From positions 36,022,001 through 36,086,000 of the forward strand of contig OZ024740.1 in assembly GCA_964016885.1 (NCBI GenBank): DNA of 64,000 nt, in the 5' to 3' direction. Source of the stretch: Eledone cirrhosa (Eukaryota). This document shows, piece after piece, positions 13,810-25,473 of the stretch. The notes beneath the pieces were generated by a model. That model was not told the DNA's origin. It did no database searches and worked only from the letters and a program-made list of their open reading frames with translations. The translations under genes and the position numbers were made by a program. Numbering within the stretch: position 1 is the first letter of the stretch; each line of letters opens with the position of its first letter.

Positions 13810-16320
13810 TTATACTTCTCTTAGGTCAGTGTTGTTTGTTTGGGTGTTGTTGTTGTTCCACTCATTCTTTCTGTTTAGCTTTGGTCTTCTAATTTCTATT
13901 TCACTGGCCTCTCTGATTTGCCTATCTGCTGGGTCATTCCTATGTTTAGATATTATTCTAATTTCTATGTTGTCTATGTTACCGTCATGATGTTGTCTAG
14001 CATGTTCGTATAGTACTGACCCGTTTTTTCGTCCTTTTAGTTCCCCCCAGTGTTGGTCTATCCTTTCACCTATGCTACGAGCTGTCTCACCTATGTATGT
14101 TGTTGTCGTGTTTCTACAAGTACCCTCTGTACATCTTATGCTATAGACTACGTTTCTAGTTTTACAGTTTATCCGGGGGTTCACCTTACATATGATACAT
14201 TTCCTATTGGTACAGTGGGTTTTCTTAAAAGGGTAGGTTTTGCTGATCAGGGATTTTATGGTGGTTCCTGGCTTTTCTACCACCTTTATTTTTAAGTGGG
14301 TCTTTCTCAGGGCCTTTCTACACTGGTTAGCTAATTTCCCTCCAGGGGTGGCGTCCACAAACATGACACTCTGATATCTCTGGTTGTCGTACCATGATGT
14401 GGCCTTCCCTATCTTATGTCTAGCCCTATCTAAGCTATTCCATGATTTGCTCCTGTATAGTGGGCAAATTCCTTTCATGTCCAGTTCTATGAGGGTCTTA
14501 TACTTTTCCATGGCTCCTTCGTATACTCTGACTCTGTCTCTTTGGTTGTAGCCAGAGAACTGCATGCGGTTGATGAAGTGTTGGATGTGTCCTTCCATTT
14601 CTGTTGGGTCGCACATGCTGGACACATTCTTCATCACTCGTACCAAATCTGCGATCAGAATATTAAACTTAGCACTACTGGACATTGCTGAGTTTTTGAG
14701 TATCAGGTATTTGGAGGCCATGGGTTTAGCATAGTGTGAGTGGAGAATTTGGGCTCTCTCGTCTATAGTGTTAATCCAGAGTTCTGTGTCTAATACAGGT
14801 AGTCTATTGTTAGGGTGTTTGGAAGGGAAGTCTATAGTTACAGTTATACTCTGGTGTATGGAATTAGCTATCTGCTGGATGCTTTCCATCGTGCTACGTT
14901 CTAAATCGAACTTGTTAGTGCTCTCTAGTGGGGGTGTTCTTATAACTATATTGATATCGTCTACATAACGAGAGTACATGATGAGGTCTATGGAGCTTTC
15001 ATTAAGGAGATCTTTAAGTCTCCTTTCCCACCATACCATGAAAAGGTTGGCAACATCGCCAGCTATGCTGACGCCGATGGCTGCTCCCTCATTTTGGGTG
15101 TAGATTTTCTCATTGAACTTAAATATGTGGCCCTTTAGGGTAGTTTTGATACTAGCCCCTATTGCATGTGCGACCATTTTTCTTACCTGATCAGTGTTTT
15201 GGGGGGTCCGTATAGCTTTGGTCCACCCAATCCACCTTCCTATGGGAGTCTTTTTAGCCATTGAGGTTATGGTGGGGGGTCTACCTCTTATAGGTCTACT
15301 AGGGCAGAAACATCTAAGGTCATGGCTGTCTAGGTAGTCAGTGTCGTAGGTAAGTCTAAGTAGGAGGCCCAGTTCGTCTGTGTCGACGTCGCAGAACTCC
15401 ACCTCACTCTCAATGATCATCTCCACACATCTTTTCACAGCAAAATCAATGTTAATGGATGGGTACAGTGACACCACATCCATGCTGCCTATTATGCAGT
15501 TGGATAGGCTCCTGTTTTTGTTGCACTCACTGATTCTGCTGAGGAGGTCCTCTGTACTTTCACATACATCTGGGGACATCTTGATTATGGGGCGTATAAC
15601 CATTGAGAGGAAGTAGGAGATCCTGTAGTTGCTAGCTATATTAGCTCCGCATACAGGTCTTGTTGGTGGTCCTGTTGTCGGGTCGTCGACTGTCTTGTGG
15701 TCTTTGCGGAGCCCATACAAGGGTGGTATGCCATTGTTAGACGCCTGGAAGTTGTTGGCAGTGCGTCTGCTTGGCTTTAGGATGTCAGTCCACATCATCA
15801 TGTGAGCGTTGAGGATTTTTTCTCTCCCATCGTGTGTTAGTTGTGCAACTTCGCTCGTGTTGGTGATGTGGGGTTGCATTGCCTCGATGTAGTTCGGCAT
15901 GCTATCTATTGACATCCTACCAGACTTATCTGTGGGTAGACACACTACCTCACCATCCCTTGTGCGCTGCTTGAGGCTAACCAAGCCTTCTACAGGTTTT
16001 ATCCCAAGTTGTTGGGCCTCTGGTCTGCTCTGTCTCATAGTGTACCTGTCTACTACTTGTCTAATCTTATTTCTAGCTATGGTGAACTGTGCCTCCGTCT
16101 CGTCATCTATTTGTTGTGGTATGCAAACTCTTTTATTAAAGGGTAACCTCGTAGGATAGATATTACCCATCTTATATGTTTTGTCAGCTGGGTTGAAAAA
16201 TAGTTTCTCTAAGGGGTTGTCGTTATTTCTATCGTCATAGTTGTGTGTGTTGCTATTATTATTATCATGAGCGTCATCCGACGCGAAACGAAATATGCTC
16301 AAAACGAATGCTGTAGGCAT
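13810..16320 (-). CDS. PLE RT + GIY-YIG polyprotein, shorter inverted copy (5'-truncated)
   Basis: Translation identical to the + copy from HDNNNSNTH to the stop; the first ~17 codons are antisense spacer sequence read across the junction. Confidence 0.85.
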   Translation of the reverse strand: MPTAFVLSIFRFASDDAHDNNNSNTHNYDDRNNDNPLEKLFFNPADKTYKMGNIYPTRLPFNKRVCIPQQIDDETEAQFTIARNKIRQVVDRYTMRQSRPEAQQLGIKPVEGLVSLKQRTRDGEVVCLPTDKSGRMSIDSMPNYIEAMQPHITNTSEVAQLTHDGREKILNAHMMMWTDILKPSRRTANNFQASNNGIPPLYGLRKDHKTVDDPTTGPPTRPVCGANIASNYRISYFLSMVIRPIIKMSPDVCESTEDLLSRISECNKNRSLSNCIIGSMDVVSLYPSINIDFAVKRCVEMIIESEVEFCDVDTDELGLLLRLTYDTDYLDSHDLRCFCPSRPIRGRPPTITSMAKKTPIGRWIGWTKAIRTPQNTDQVRKMVAHAIGASIKTTLKGHIFKFNEKIYTQNEGAAIGVSIAGDVANLFMVWWERRLKDLLNESSIDLIMYSRYVDDINIVIRTPPLESTNKFDLERSTMESIQQIANSIHQSITVTIDFPSKHPNNRLPVLDTELWINTIDERAQILHSHYAKPMASKYLILKNSAMSSSAKFNILIADLVRVMKNVSSMCDPTEMEGHIQHFINRMQFSGYNQRDRVRVYEGAMEKYKTLIELDMKGICPLYRSKSWNSLDRARHKIGKATSWYDNQRYQSVMFVDATPGGKLANQCRKALRKTHLKIKVVEKPGTTIKSLISKTYPFKKTHCTNRKCIICKVNPRINCKTRNVVYSIRCTEGTCRNTTTTYIGETARSIGERIDQHWGELKGRKNGSVLYEHARQHHDGNIDNIEIRIISKHRNDPADRQIREASEIEIRRPKLNRKNEWNNNNTQTNNTDLREV

Positions 16321-19300
16321 TTCAAGAAGAAATTAGAATGGATGAATAAGAAAAAACTACAAGAAAGGAAAATCGAATATTCTCAAAAATACCCAGATAA
16401 CATCGACAACATCCGTATGAGTGATGTAAAACTACCGGAAGAATTTACCAATGACCACACAGTAAATATCTATGGGAACACTTTAATCAGTGAACAAGAA
16501 CAACAAATCCTAAAGTTACCACCAAAATTTGCCATCTACAAAAAGATTAACCCTATGGAATGCAAAACTGAACTGGAAAAGTGTTTCACAAAAATACGTT
16601 GGAATGCAAAGGTAAACAACAACAACAATAATAACGGTAGTAGTAATATAAACAATAACTCTGGGTATAGAAATAACAGCCATAACCATAACAATGGCAG
16701 GAAAGTGAGAAATAGTGATAATGGTAATAATACTAGCGATAGACAGAACAACAACAACCACAATAATAATAATAATAGAAACGTTAACCACAGACACAGC
16801 AACAGTGACCACAGTAGTAATAACGGTAACAATACGAACAACAACAACAACAATAACCACAGTGGTAATAATGGAAATAGTACATGTAGCAACATCAACA
16901 AAAACAAGAAACATAATAATAGTAACAACCACAATGGTAGAAATAGCAGTAACAACAACAACAATAACGGTGAAGTAAACAACAATACATCTAGCAATCA
17001 TAACAATAATAATATTAAAGCTACTGATAGAAACAACAACAACCACCATGATAATAATAATAGCAACACACACAACTATGACGATAGAAATAACGACAAC
17101 CCCTTAGAGAAACTATTTTTCAACCCAGCTGACAAAACATATAAGATGGGTAATATCTATCCTACGAGGTTACCCTTTAATAAAAGAGTTTGCATACCAC
17201 AACAAATAGATGACGAGACGGAGGCACAGTTCACCATAGCTAGAAATAAGATTAGACAAGTAGTAGACAGGTACACTATGAGACAGAGCAGACCAGAGGC
17301 CCAACAACTTGGGATAAAACCTGTAGAAGGCTTGGTTAGCCTCAAGCAGCGCACAAGGGATGGTGAGGTAGTGTGTCTACCCACAGATAAGTCTGGTAGG
17401 ATGTCAATAGATAGCATGCCGAACTACATCGAGGCAATGCAACCCCACATCACCAACACGAGCGAAGTTGCACAACTAACACACGATGGGAGAGAAAAAA
17501 TCCTCAACGCTCACATGATGATGTGGACTGACATCCTAAAGCCAAGCAGACGCACTGCCAACAACTTCCAGGCGTCTAACAATGGCATACCACCCTTGTA
17601 TGGGCTCCGCAAAGACCACAAGACAGTCGACGACCCGACAACAGGACCACCAACAAGACCTGTATGCGGAGCTAATATAGCTAGCAACTACAGGATCTCC
17701 TACTTCCTCTCAATGGTTATACGCCCCATAATCAAGATGTCCCCAGATGTATGTGAAAGTACAGAGGACCTCCTCAGCAGAATCAGTGAGTGCAACAAAA
17801 ACAGGAGCCTATCCAACTGCATAATAGGCAGCATGGATGTGGTGTCACTGTACCCATCCATTAACATTGATTTTGCTGTGAAAAGATGTGTGGAGATGAT
17901 CATTGAGAGTGAGGTGGAGTTCTGCGACGTCGACACAGACGAACTGGGCCTCCTACTTAGACTTACCTACGACACTGACTACCTAGACAGCCATGACCTT
18001 AGATGTTTCTGCCCTAGTAGACCTATAAGAGGTAGACCCCCCACCATAACCTCAATGGCTAAAAAGACTCCCATAGGAAGGTGGATTGGGTGGACCAAAG
18101 CTATACGGACCCCCCAAAACACTGATCAGGTAAGAAAAATGGTCGCACATGCAATAGGGGCTAGTATCAAAACTACCCTAAAGGGCCACATATTTAAGTT
18201 CAATGAGAAAATCTACACCCAAAATGAGGGAGCAGCCATCGGCGTCAGCATAGCTGGCGATGTTGCCAACCTTTTCATGGTATGGTGGGAAAGGAGACTT
18301 AAAGATCTCCTTAATGAAAGCTCCATAGACCTCATCATGTACTCTCGTTATGTAGACGATATCAATATAGTTATAAGAACACCCCCACTAGAGAGCACTA
18401 ACAAGTTCGATTTAGAACGTAGCACGATGGAAAGCATCCAGCAGATAGCTAATTCCATACACCAGAGTATAACTGTAACTATAGACTTCCCTTCCAAACA
18501 CCCTAACAATAGACTACCTGTATTAGACACAGAACTCTGGATTAACACTATAGACGAGAGAGCCCAAATTCTCCACTCACACTATGCTAAACCCATGGCC
18601 TCCAAATACCTGATACTCAAAAACTCAGCAATGTCCAGTAGTGCTAAGTTTAATATTCTGATCGCAGATTTGGTACGAGTGATGAAGAATGTGTCCAGCA
18701 TGTGCGACCCAACAGAAATGGAAGGACACATCCAACACTTCATCAACCGCATGCAGTTCTCTGGCTACAACCAAAGAGACAGAGTCAGAGTATACGAAGG
18801 AGCCATGGAAAAGTATAAGACCCTCATAGAACTGGACATGAAAGGAATTTGCCCACTATACAGGAGCAAATCATGGAATAGCTTAGATAGGGCTAGACAT
18901 AAGATAGGGAAGGCCACATCATGGTACGACAACCAGAGATATCAGAGTGTCATGTTTGTGGACGCCACCCCTGGAGGGAAATTAGCTAACCAGTGTAGAA
19001 AGGCCCTGAGAAAGACCCACTTAAAAATAAAGGTGGTAGAAAAGCCAGGAACCACCATAAAATCCCTGATCAGCAAAACCTACCCTTTTAAGAAAACCCA
19101 CTGTACCAATAGGAAATGTATCATATGTAAGGTGAACCCCCGGATAAACTGTAAAACTAGAAACGTAGTCTATAGCATAAGATGTACAGAGGGTACTTGT
19201 AGAAACACGACAACAACATACATAGGTGAGACAGCTCGTAGCATAGGTGAAAGGATAGACCAACACTGGGGGGAACTAAAAGGACGAAAAAACGGGTCAG

Positions 19301-19506
19301 TACTATACGAACATGCTAGACAACATCATGACGGTAACATAGACAACATAGAAATTAGAATAATATCTAAACATAGGAATGACCCAGCAGATAGGCAAAT
19401 CAGAGAGGCCAGTGAAATAGAAATTAGAAGACCAAAGCTAAACAGAAAGAATGAGTGGAACAACAACAACACCCAAACAAACAACACTGACCTAAGAGAA
19501 GTATAA
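16267..19506 (+). CDS. PLE polyprotein: N-terminal domain with Asn-rich insert, reverse transcriptase, Cys-rich linker, GIY-YIG endonuclease (probably 5'-truncated)
   Basis: Motifs PTDKSG, PPLYGLRKDHK, PTRPVC, SMDVVSLYPSI (RT A), QNEGAAIGVSIAG (B'), YSRYVDD (C), LPVLD, CxxxxCxxC linker, VVYSIRC..C..YIGET.R...R..H..H. No internal stops. First ATG is 16267; the track start 16243 is a GTG in the inverted arm. Confidence 0.93.
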   Translation: MSVIRRETKYAQNECCRHFKKKLEWMNKKKLQERKIEYSQKYPDNIDNIRMSDVKLPEEFTNDHTVNIYGNTLISEQEQQILKLPPKFAIYKKINPMECKTELEKCFTKIRWNAKVNNNNNNNGSSNINNNSGYRNNSHNHNNGRKVRNSDNGNNTSDRQNNNNHNNNNNRNVNHRHSNSDHSSNNGNNTNNNNNNNHSGNNGNSTCSNINKNKKHNNSNNHNGRNSSNNNNNNGEVNNNTSSNHNNNNIKATDRNNNNHHDNNNSNTHNYDDRNNDNPLEKLFFNPADKTYKMGNIYPTRLPFNKRVCIPQQIDDETEAQFTIARNKIRQVVDRYTMRQSRPEAQQLGIKPVEGLVSLKQRTRDGEVVCLPTDKSGRMSIDSMPNYIEAMQPHITNTSEVAQLTHDGREKILNAHMMMWTDILKPSRRTANNFQASNNGIPPLYGLRKDHKTVDDPTTGPPTRPVCGANIASNYRISYFLSMVIRPIIKMSPDVCESTEDLLSRISECNKNRSLSNCIIGSMDVVSLYPSINIDFAVKRCVEMIIESEVEFCDVDTDELGLLLRLTYDTDYLDSHDLRCFCPSRPIRGRPPTITSMAKKTPIGRWIGWTKAIRTPQNTDQVRKMVAHAIGASIKTTLKGHIFKFNEKIYTQNEGAAIGVSIAGDVANLFMVWWERRLKDLLNESSIDLIMYSRYVDDINIVIRTPPLESTNKFDLERSTMESIQQIANSIHQSITVTIDFPSKHPNNRLPVLDTELWINTIDERAQILHSHYAKPMASKYLILKNSAMSSSAKFNILIADLVRVMKNVSSMCDPTEMEGHIQHFINRMQFSGYNQRDRVRVYEGAMEKYKTLIELDMKGICPLYRSKSWNSLDRARHKIGKATSWYDNQRYQSVMFVDATPGGKLANQCRKALRKTHLKIKVVEKPGTTIKSLISKTYPFKKTHCTNRKCIICKVNPRINCKTRNVVYSIRCTEGTCRNTTTTYIGETARSIGERIDQHWGELKGRKNGSVLYEHARQHHDGNIDNIEIRIISKHRNDPADRQIREASEIEIRRPKLNRKNEWNNNNTQTNNTDLREV

Positions 19507-19754
19507 ATAAATAAGTAAATTAAATTAAATAAAATAAGATAAATAAATACATACACAAGCACATAAACACACACTAGTCACCCAGCAGACACAACACTAT
19601 ACACACTAGTCACACATCACACACGCAAACGCATGCGCAAAGAAGACAAAATAAAATAAGATAAACAAACAAGCAAACAAATAAATAAATATATAGACGG
19701 ACTGAACAAAAAAAATGGCGTAGACATACAACACAACAGGAGGAACAATGAATA

Positions 19755-19805
19755 TAACACCACTGACGATGTTGCAGATGTGCAACGAAAGATTTATGTA
19801 AACTA
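19755..19805 (+). ncRNA. Candidate minimal type I hammerhead ribozyme in the PLE 3' terminal region
   Basis: CTGACGA(T) at 19763, stem II GTTGCA-gatg-TGCAAC, GAAA, short GATT, TA. Stem I is weak (2 adjacent pairs). Confidence 0.6.
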
Positions 19806-20016
19806 TATATATATGTGTTTGTCTATATTGTATCTGTATTATTTTATTTTTGACCGCCGGTCAGTCAATGGCAACATTGAGGACCGAGTAAGTTAGATCG
19901 CAGATATATATATATAAAAGACAGCGAGAAGCGAAAACCAACCAAACAGTGAGTGTGTTCTGTTATTAATTCTGGCAATATTACGCAAATATGACCCTCC
20001 CCAAATATAACAATAT

Positions 20017-20257
<241 letters not shown>

Positions 20258-20419
20258 GAAATTGGAATAAATGCTCTGAAATAGCGATATATATGTGAAT
20301 ATAGACATAGAATATTCGAAAATATTCTGTATGTTTATAATAAACATTTTGAAGACCTAATCGCTATAGAATAGAATACGTCACGTATTACAATTAGATT
20401 CTCGATAAAAGCAAGGGAA

Positions 20420-20462
20420 GTAATCTACGCGTTTCATTCTCGTTAGAAATCATCAGGACTAC
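20420..20462 (-). ncRNA. Minimal type I hammerhead ribozyme (first of 8 minus-strand copies: 20420, 20730, 21040, 21350, 21660, 21970, 22280, 22590)
   Basis: Sense: GTAGTC CTGATGA T TTCT-aacg-AGAA T GAAA CGCG TA GATTAC. Stem I 6 bp (one G.U), stem II 4 bp, palindromic CGCG stem III; enclosed by a perfect 16-bp inverted repeat (20398-20413 / 20471-20486). Confidence 0.9.
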
Positions 20463-23026
20463 ATATCCAGTGCTTTTATCGAGAATGACACAGCTAGAGA
20501 CTTATAGAATACTTAGCTGTGTACAGGAACTGGTTTGAAAGAGCGGTTGCCGGTCCGGCAGAAATTAGAAATTGGAATAAATGCTCTGAAATAGCGATAT
20601 ATATGTGAATATAGACATAGAATATTCGAAAATATTCTGTATGTTTATAATAAACATTTTGAAGACCTAATCGCTATAGAATAGAATACGTCACGTATTA
20701 CAATTAGATTCTCGATAAAAGCAAGGGAAGTAATCTACGCGTTTCATTCTCGTTAGAAATCATCAGGACTACATATCCAGTGCTTTTATCGAGAATGACA
20801 CAGCTAGAGACTTATAGAATACTTAGCTGTGTACAGGAACTGGTTTGAAAGAGCGGTTGCCGGTCCGGCAGAAATTAGAAATTGGAATAAATGCTCTGAA
20901 ATAGCGATATATATGTGAATATAGACATAGAATATTCGAAAATATTCTGTATGTTTATAATAAACATTTTGAAGACCTAATCGCTATAGAATAGAATACG
21001 TCACGTATTACAATTAGATTCTCGATAAAAGCAAGGGAAGTAATCTACGCGTTTCATTCTCGTTAGAAATCATCAGGACTACATATCCAGTGCTTTTATC
21101 GAGAATGACACAGCTAGAGACTTATAGAATACTTAGCTGTGTACAGGAACTGGTTTGAAAGAGCGGTTGCCGGTCCGGCAGAAATTAGAAATTGGAATAA
21201 ATGCTCTGAAATAGCGATATATATGTGAATATAGACATAGAATATTCGAAAATATTCTGTATGTTTATAATAAACATTTTGAAGACCTAATCGCTATAGA
21301 ATAGAATACGTCACGTATTACAATTAGATTCTCGATAAAAGCAAGGGAAGTAATCTACGCGTTTCATTCTCGTTAGAAATCATCAGGACTACATATCCAG
21401 TGCTTTTATCGAGAATGACACAGCTAGAGACTTATAGAATACTTAGCTGTGTACAGGAACTGGTTTGAAAGAGCGGTTGCCGGTCCGGCAGAAATTAGAA
21501 ATTGGAATAAATGCTCTGAAATAGCGATATATATGTGAATATAGACATAGAATATTCGAAAATATTCTGTATGTTTATAATAAACATTTTGAAGACCTAA
21601 TCGCTATAGAATAGAATACGTCACGTATTACAATTAGATTCTCGATAAAAGCAAGGGAAGTAATCTACGCGTTTCATTCTCGTTAGAAATCATCAGGACT
21701 ACATATCCAGTGCTTTTATCGAGAATGACACAGCTAGAGACTTATAGAATACTTAGCTGTGTACAGGAACTGGTTTGAAAGAGCGGTTGCCGGTCCGGCA
21801 GAAATTAGAAATTGGAATAAATGCTCTGAAATAGCGATATATATGTGAATATAGACATAGAATATTCGAAAATATTCTGTATGTTTATAATAAACATTTT
21901 GAAGACCTAATCGCTATAGAATAGAATACGTCACGTATTACAATTAGATTCTCGATAAAAGCAAGGGAAGTAATCTACGCGTTTCATTCTCGTTAGAAAT
22001 CATCAGGACTACATATCCAGTGCTTTTATCGAGAATGACACAGCTAGAGACTTATAGAATACTTAGCTGTGTACAGGAACTGGTTTGAAAGAGCGGTTGC
22101 CGGTCCGGCAGAAATTAGAAATTGGAATAAATGCTCTGAAATAGCGATATATATGTGAATATAGACATAGAATATTCGAAAATATTCTGTATGTTTATAA
22201 TAAACATTTTGAAGACCTAATCGCTATAGAATAGAATACGTCACGTATTACAATTAGATTCTCGATAAAAGCAAGGGAAGTAATCTACGCGTTTCATTCT
22301 CGTTAGAAATCATCAGGACTACATATCCAGTGCTTTTATCGAGAATGACACAGCTAGAGACTTATAGAATACTTAGCTGTGTACAGGAACTGGTTTGAAA
22401 GAGCGGTTGCCGGTCCGGCAGAAATTAGAAATTGGAATAAATGCTCTGAAATAGCGATATATATGTGAATATAGACATAGAATATTCGAAAATATTCTGT
22501 ATGTTTATAATAAACATTTTGAAGACCTAATCGCTATAGAATAGAATACGTCACGTATTACAATTAGATTCTCGATAAAAGCAAGGGAAGTAATCTACGC
22601 GTTTCATTCTCGTTAGAAATCATCAGGACTACATATCCAGTGCTTTTATCGAGAATGACACAGCTAGAGACTTATAGAATACTTAGCTGTGTACAGGAAC
22701 TGGTTTGAAAGAGCGGTTGCCGGTCCGGCAGAAATTAGAAATTGGAATAAATGCTCTGAAATAGCGATATATATGTGAATATAGACATAGAATATTCGAA
22801 AATATTCTGTATGTTTATAATAAACATTTTGAAGACCTAATCGCTATAGAATAGAATTTTCGAATATTCTATGTCTATATTCACATATATATCGCTATTT
22901 CAGAGCATTTATTCCAATTTCTAATTTCTGCCGGACCGGCAACCGCTCTTTCAAACCAGTTCCTGTACACAGCTAAGTATTCTATAAGTCTCTAGCTGTG
23001 TCATTCTCGATAAAAGCACTGGATAT

Positions 23027-23069
23027 GTAGTCCTGATGATTTCTAACGAGAATGAAACGCGTAGATTAC
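23027..23069 (+). ncRNA. Minimal type I hammerhead ribozyme (first of 6 plus-strand copies: 23027, 23337, 23647, 23957, 24267, 24577)
   Basis: gtagtc-CTGATGA-tttctaacgagaat-GAAA-cgcg-TA-gattac read directly on the + strand. Confidence 0.9.
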
Positions 23070-24744
23070 TTCCCTTGCTTTTATCGAGAATCTAATTGTA
23101 ATACGTGACGTATTCTATTCTATAGCGATTAGGTCTTCAAAATGTTTATTATAAACATACAGAATATTTTCGAATATTCTATGTCTATATTCACATATAT
23201 ATCGCTATTTCAGAGCATTTATTCCAATTTCTAATTTCTGCCGGACCGGCAACCGCTCTTTCAAACCAGTTCCTGTACACAGCTAAGTATTCTATAAGTC
23301 TCTAGCTGTGTCATTCTCGATAAAAGCACTGGATATGTAGTCCTGATGATTTCTAACGAGAATGAAACGCGTAGATTACTTCCCTTGCTTTTATCGAGAA
23401 TCTAATTGTAATACGTGACGTATTCTATTCTATAGCGATTAGGTCTTCAAAATGTTTATTATAAACATACAGAATATTTTCGAATATTCTATGTCTATAT
23501 TCACATATATATCGCTATTTCAGAGCATTTATTCCAATTTCTAATTTCTGCCGGACCGGCAACCGCTCTTTCAAACCAGTTCCTGTACACAGCTAAGTAT
23601 TCTATAAGTCTCTAGCTGTGTCATTCTCGATAAAAGCACTGGATATGTAGTCCTGATGATTTCTAACGAGAATGAAACGCGTAGATTACTTCCCTTGCTT
23701 TTATCGAGAATCTAATTGTAATACGTGACGTATTCTATTCTATAGCGATTAGGTCTTCAAAATGTTTATTATAAACATACAGAATATTTTCGAATATTCT
23801 ATGTCTATATTCACATATATATCGCTATTTCAGAGCATTTATTCCAATTTCTAATTTCTGCCGGACCGGCAACCGCTCTTTCAAACCAGTTCCTGTACAC
23901 AGCTAAGTATTCTATAAGTCTCTAGCTGTGTCATTCTCGATAAAAGCACTGGATATGTAGTCCTGATGATTTCTAACGAGAATGAAACGCGTAGATTACT
24001 TCCCTTGCTTTTATCGAGAATCTAATTGTAATACGTGACGTATTCTATTCTATAGCGATTAGGTCTTCAAAATGTTTATTATAAACATACAGAATATTTT
24101 CGAATATTCTATGTCTATATTCACATATATATCGCTATTTCAGAGCATTTATTCCAATTTCTAATTTCTGCCGGACCGGCAACCGCTCTTTCAAACCAGT
24201 TCCTGTACACAGCTAAGTATTCTATAAGTCTCTAGCTGTGTCATTCTCGATAAAAGCACTGGATATGTAGTCCTGATGATTTCTAACGAGAATGAAACGC
24301 GTAGATTACTTCCCTTGCTTTTATCGAGAATCTAATTGTAATACGTGACGTATTCTATTCTATAGCGATTAGGTCTTCAAAATGTTTATTATAAACATAC
24401 AGAATATTTTCGAATATTCTATGTCTATATTCACATATATATCGCTATTTCAGAGCATTTATTCCAATTTCTAATTTCTGCCGGACCGGCAACCGCTCTT
24501 TCAAACCAGTTCCTGTACACAGCTAAGTATTCTATAAGTCTCTAGCTGTGTCATTCTCGATAAAAGCACTGGATATGTAGTCCTGATGATTTCTAACGAG
24601 AATGAAACGCGTAGATTACTTCCCTTGCTTTTATCGAGAATCTAATTGTAATACGTGACGTATTCTATTCTATAGCGATTAGGTCTTCAAAATGTTTATT
24701 ATAAACATACAGAATATTTTCGAATATTCTATGTCTATATTCAC

Positions 24745-25473
<729 letters not shown>

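Larger units (their letters stand above)
13255..20016. mobile_element. Penelope-like retroelement (C-terminal EN+, probably Nematis/Neptune-type), head-to-head inverted insertion
   Basis: 13300-16269 is the reverse complement of 17047-20016 (paired coordinates sum to 33316; ORF stops at 13810 and 19506). 777-bp spacer is PLE N-terminal coding sequence. Both outer ends abut (TA)n. Confidence 0.95.

Noticed and set aside
14050-19574. Small ORFs overlapping the PLE, including Leu/Val/Thr-rich ones at 16516-17073
   Set aside because: Antisense or alternative-frame shadows of the PLE ORF and its AAC/AAT tract.
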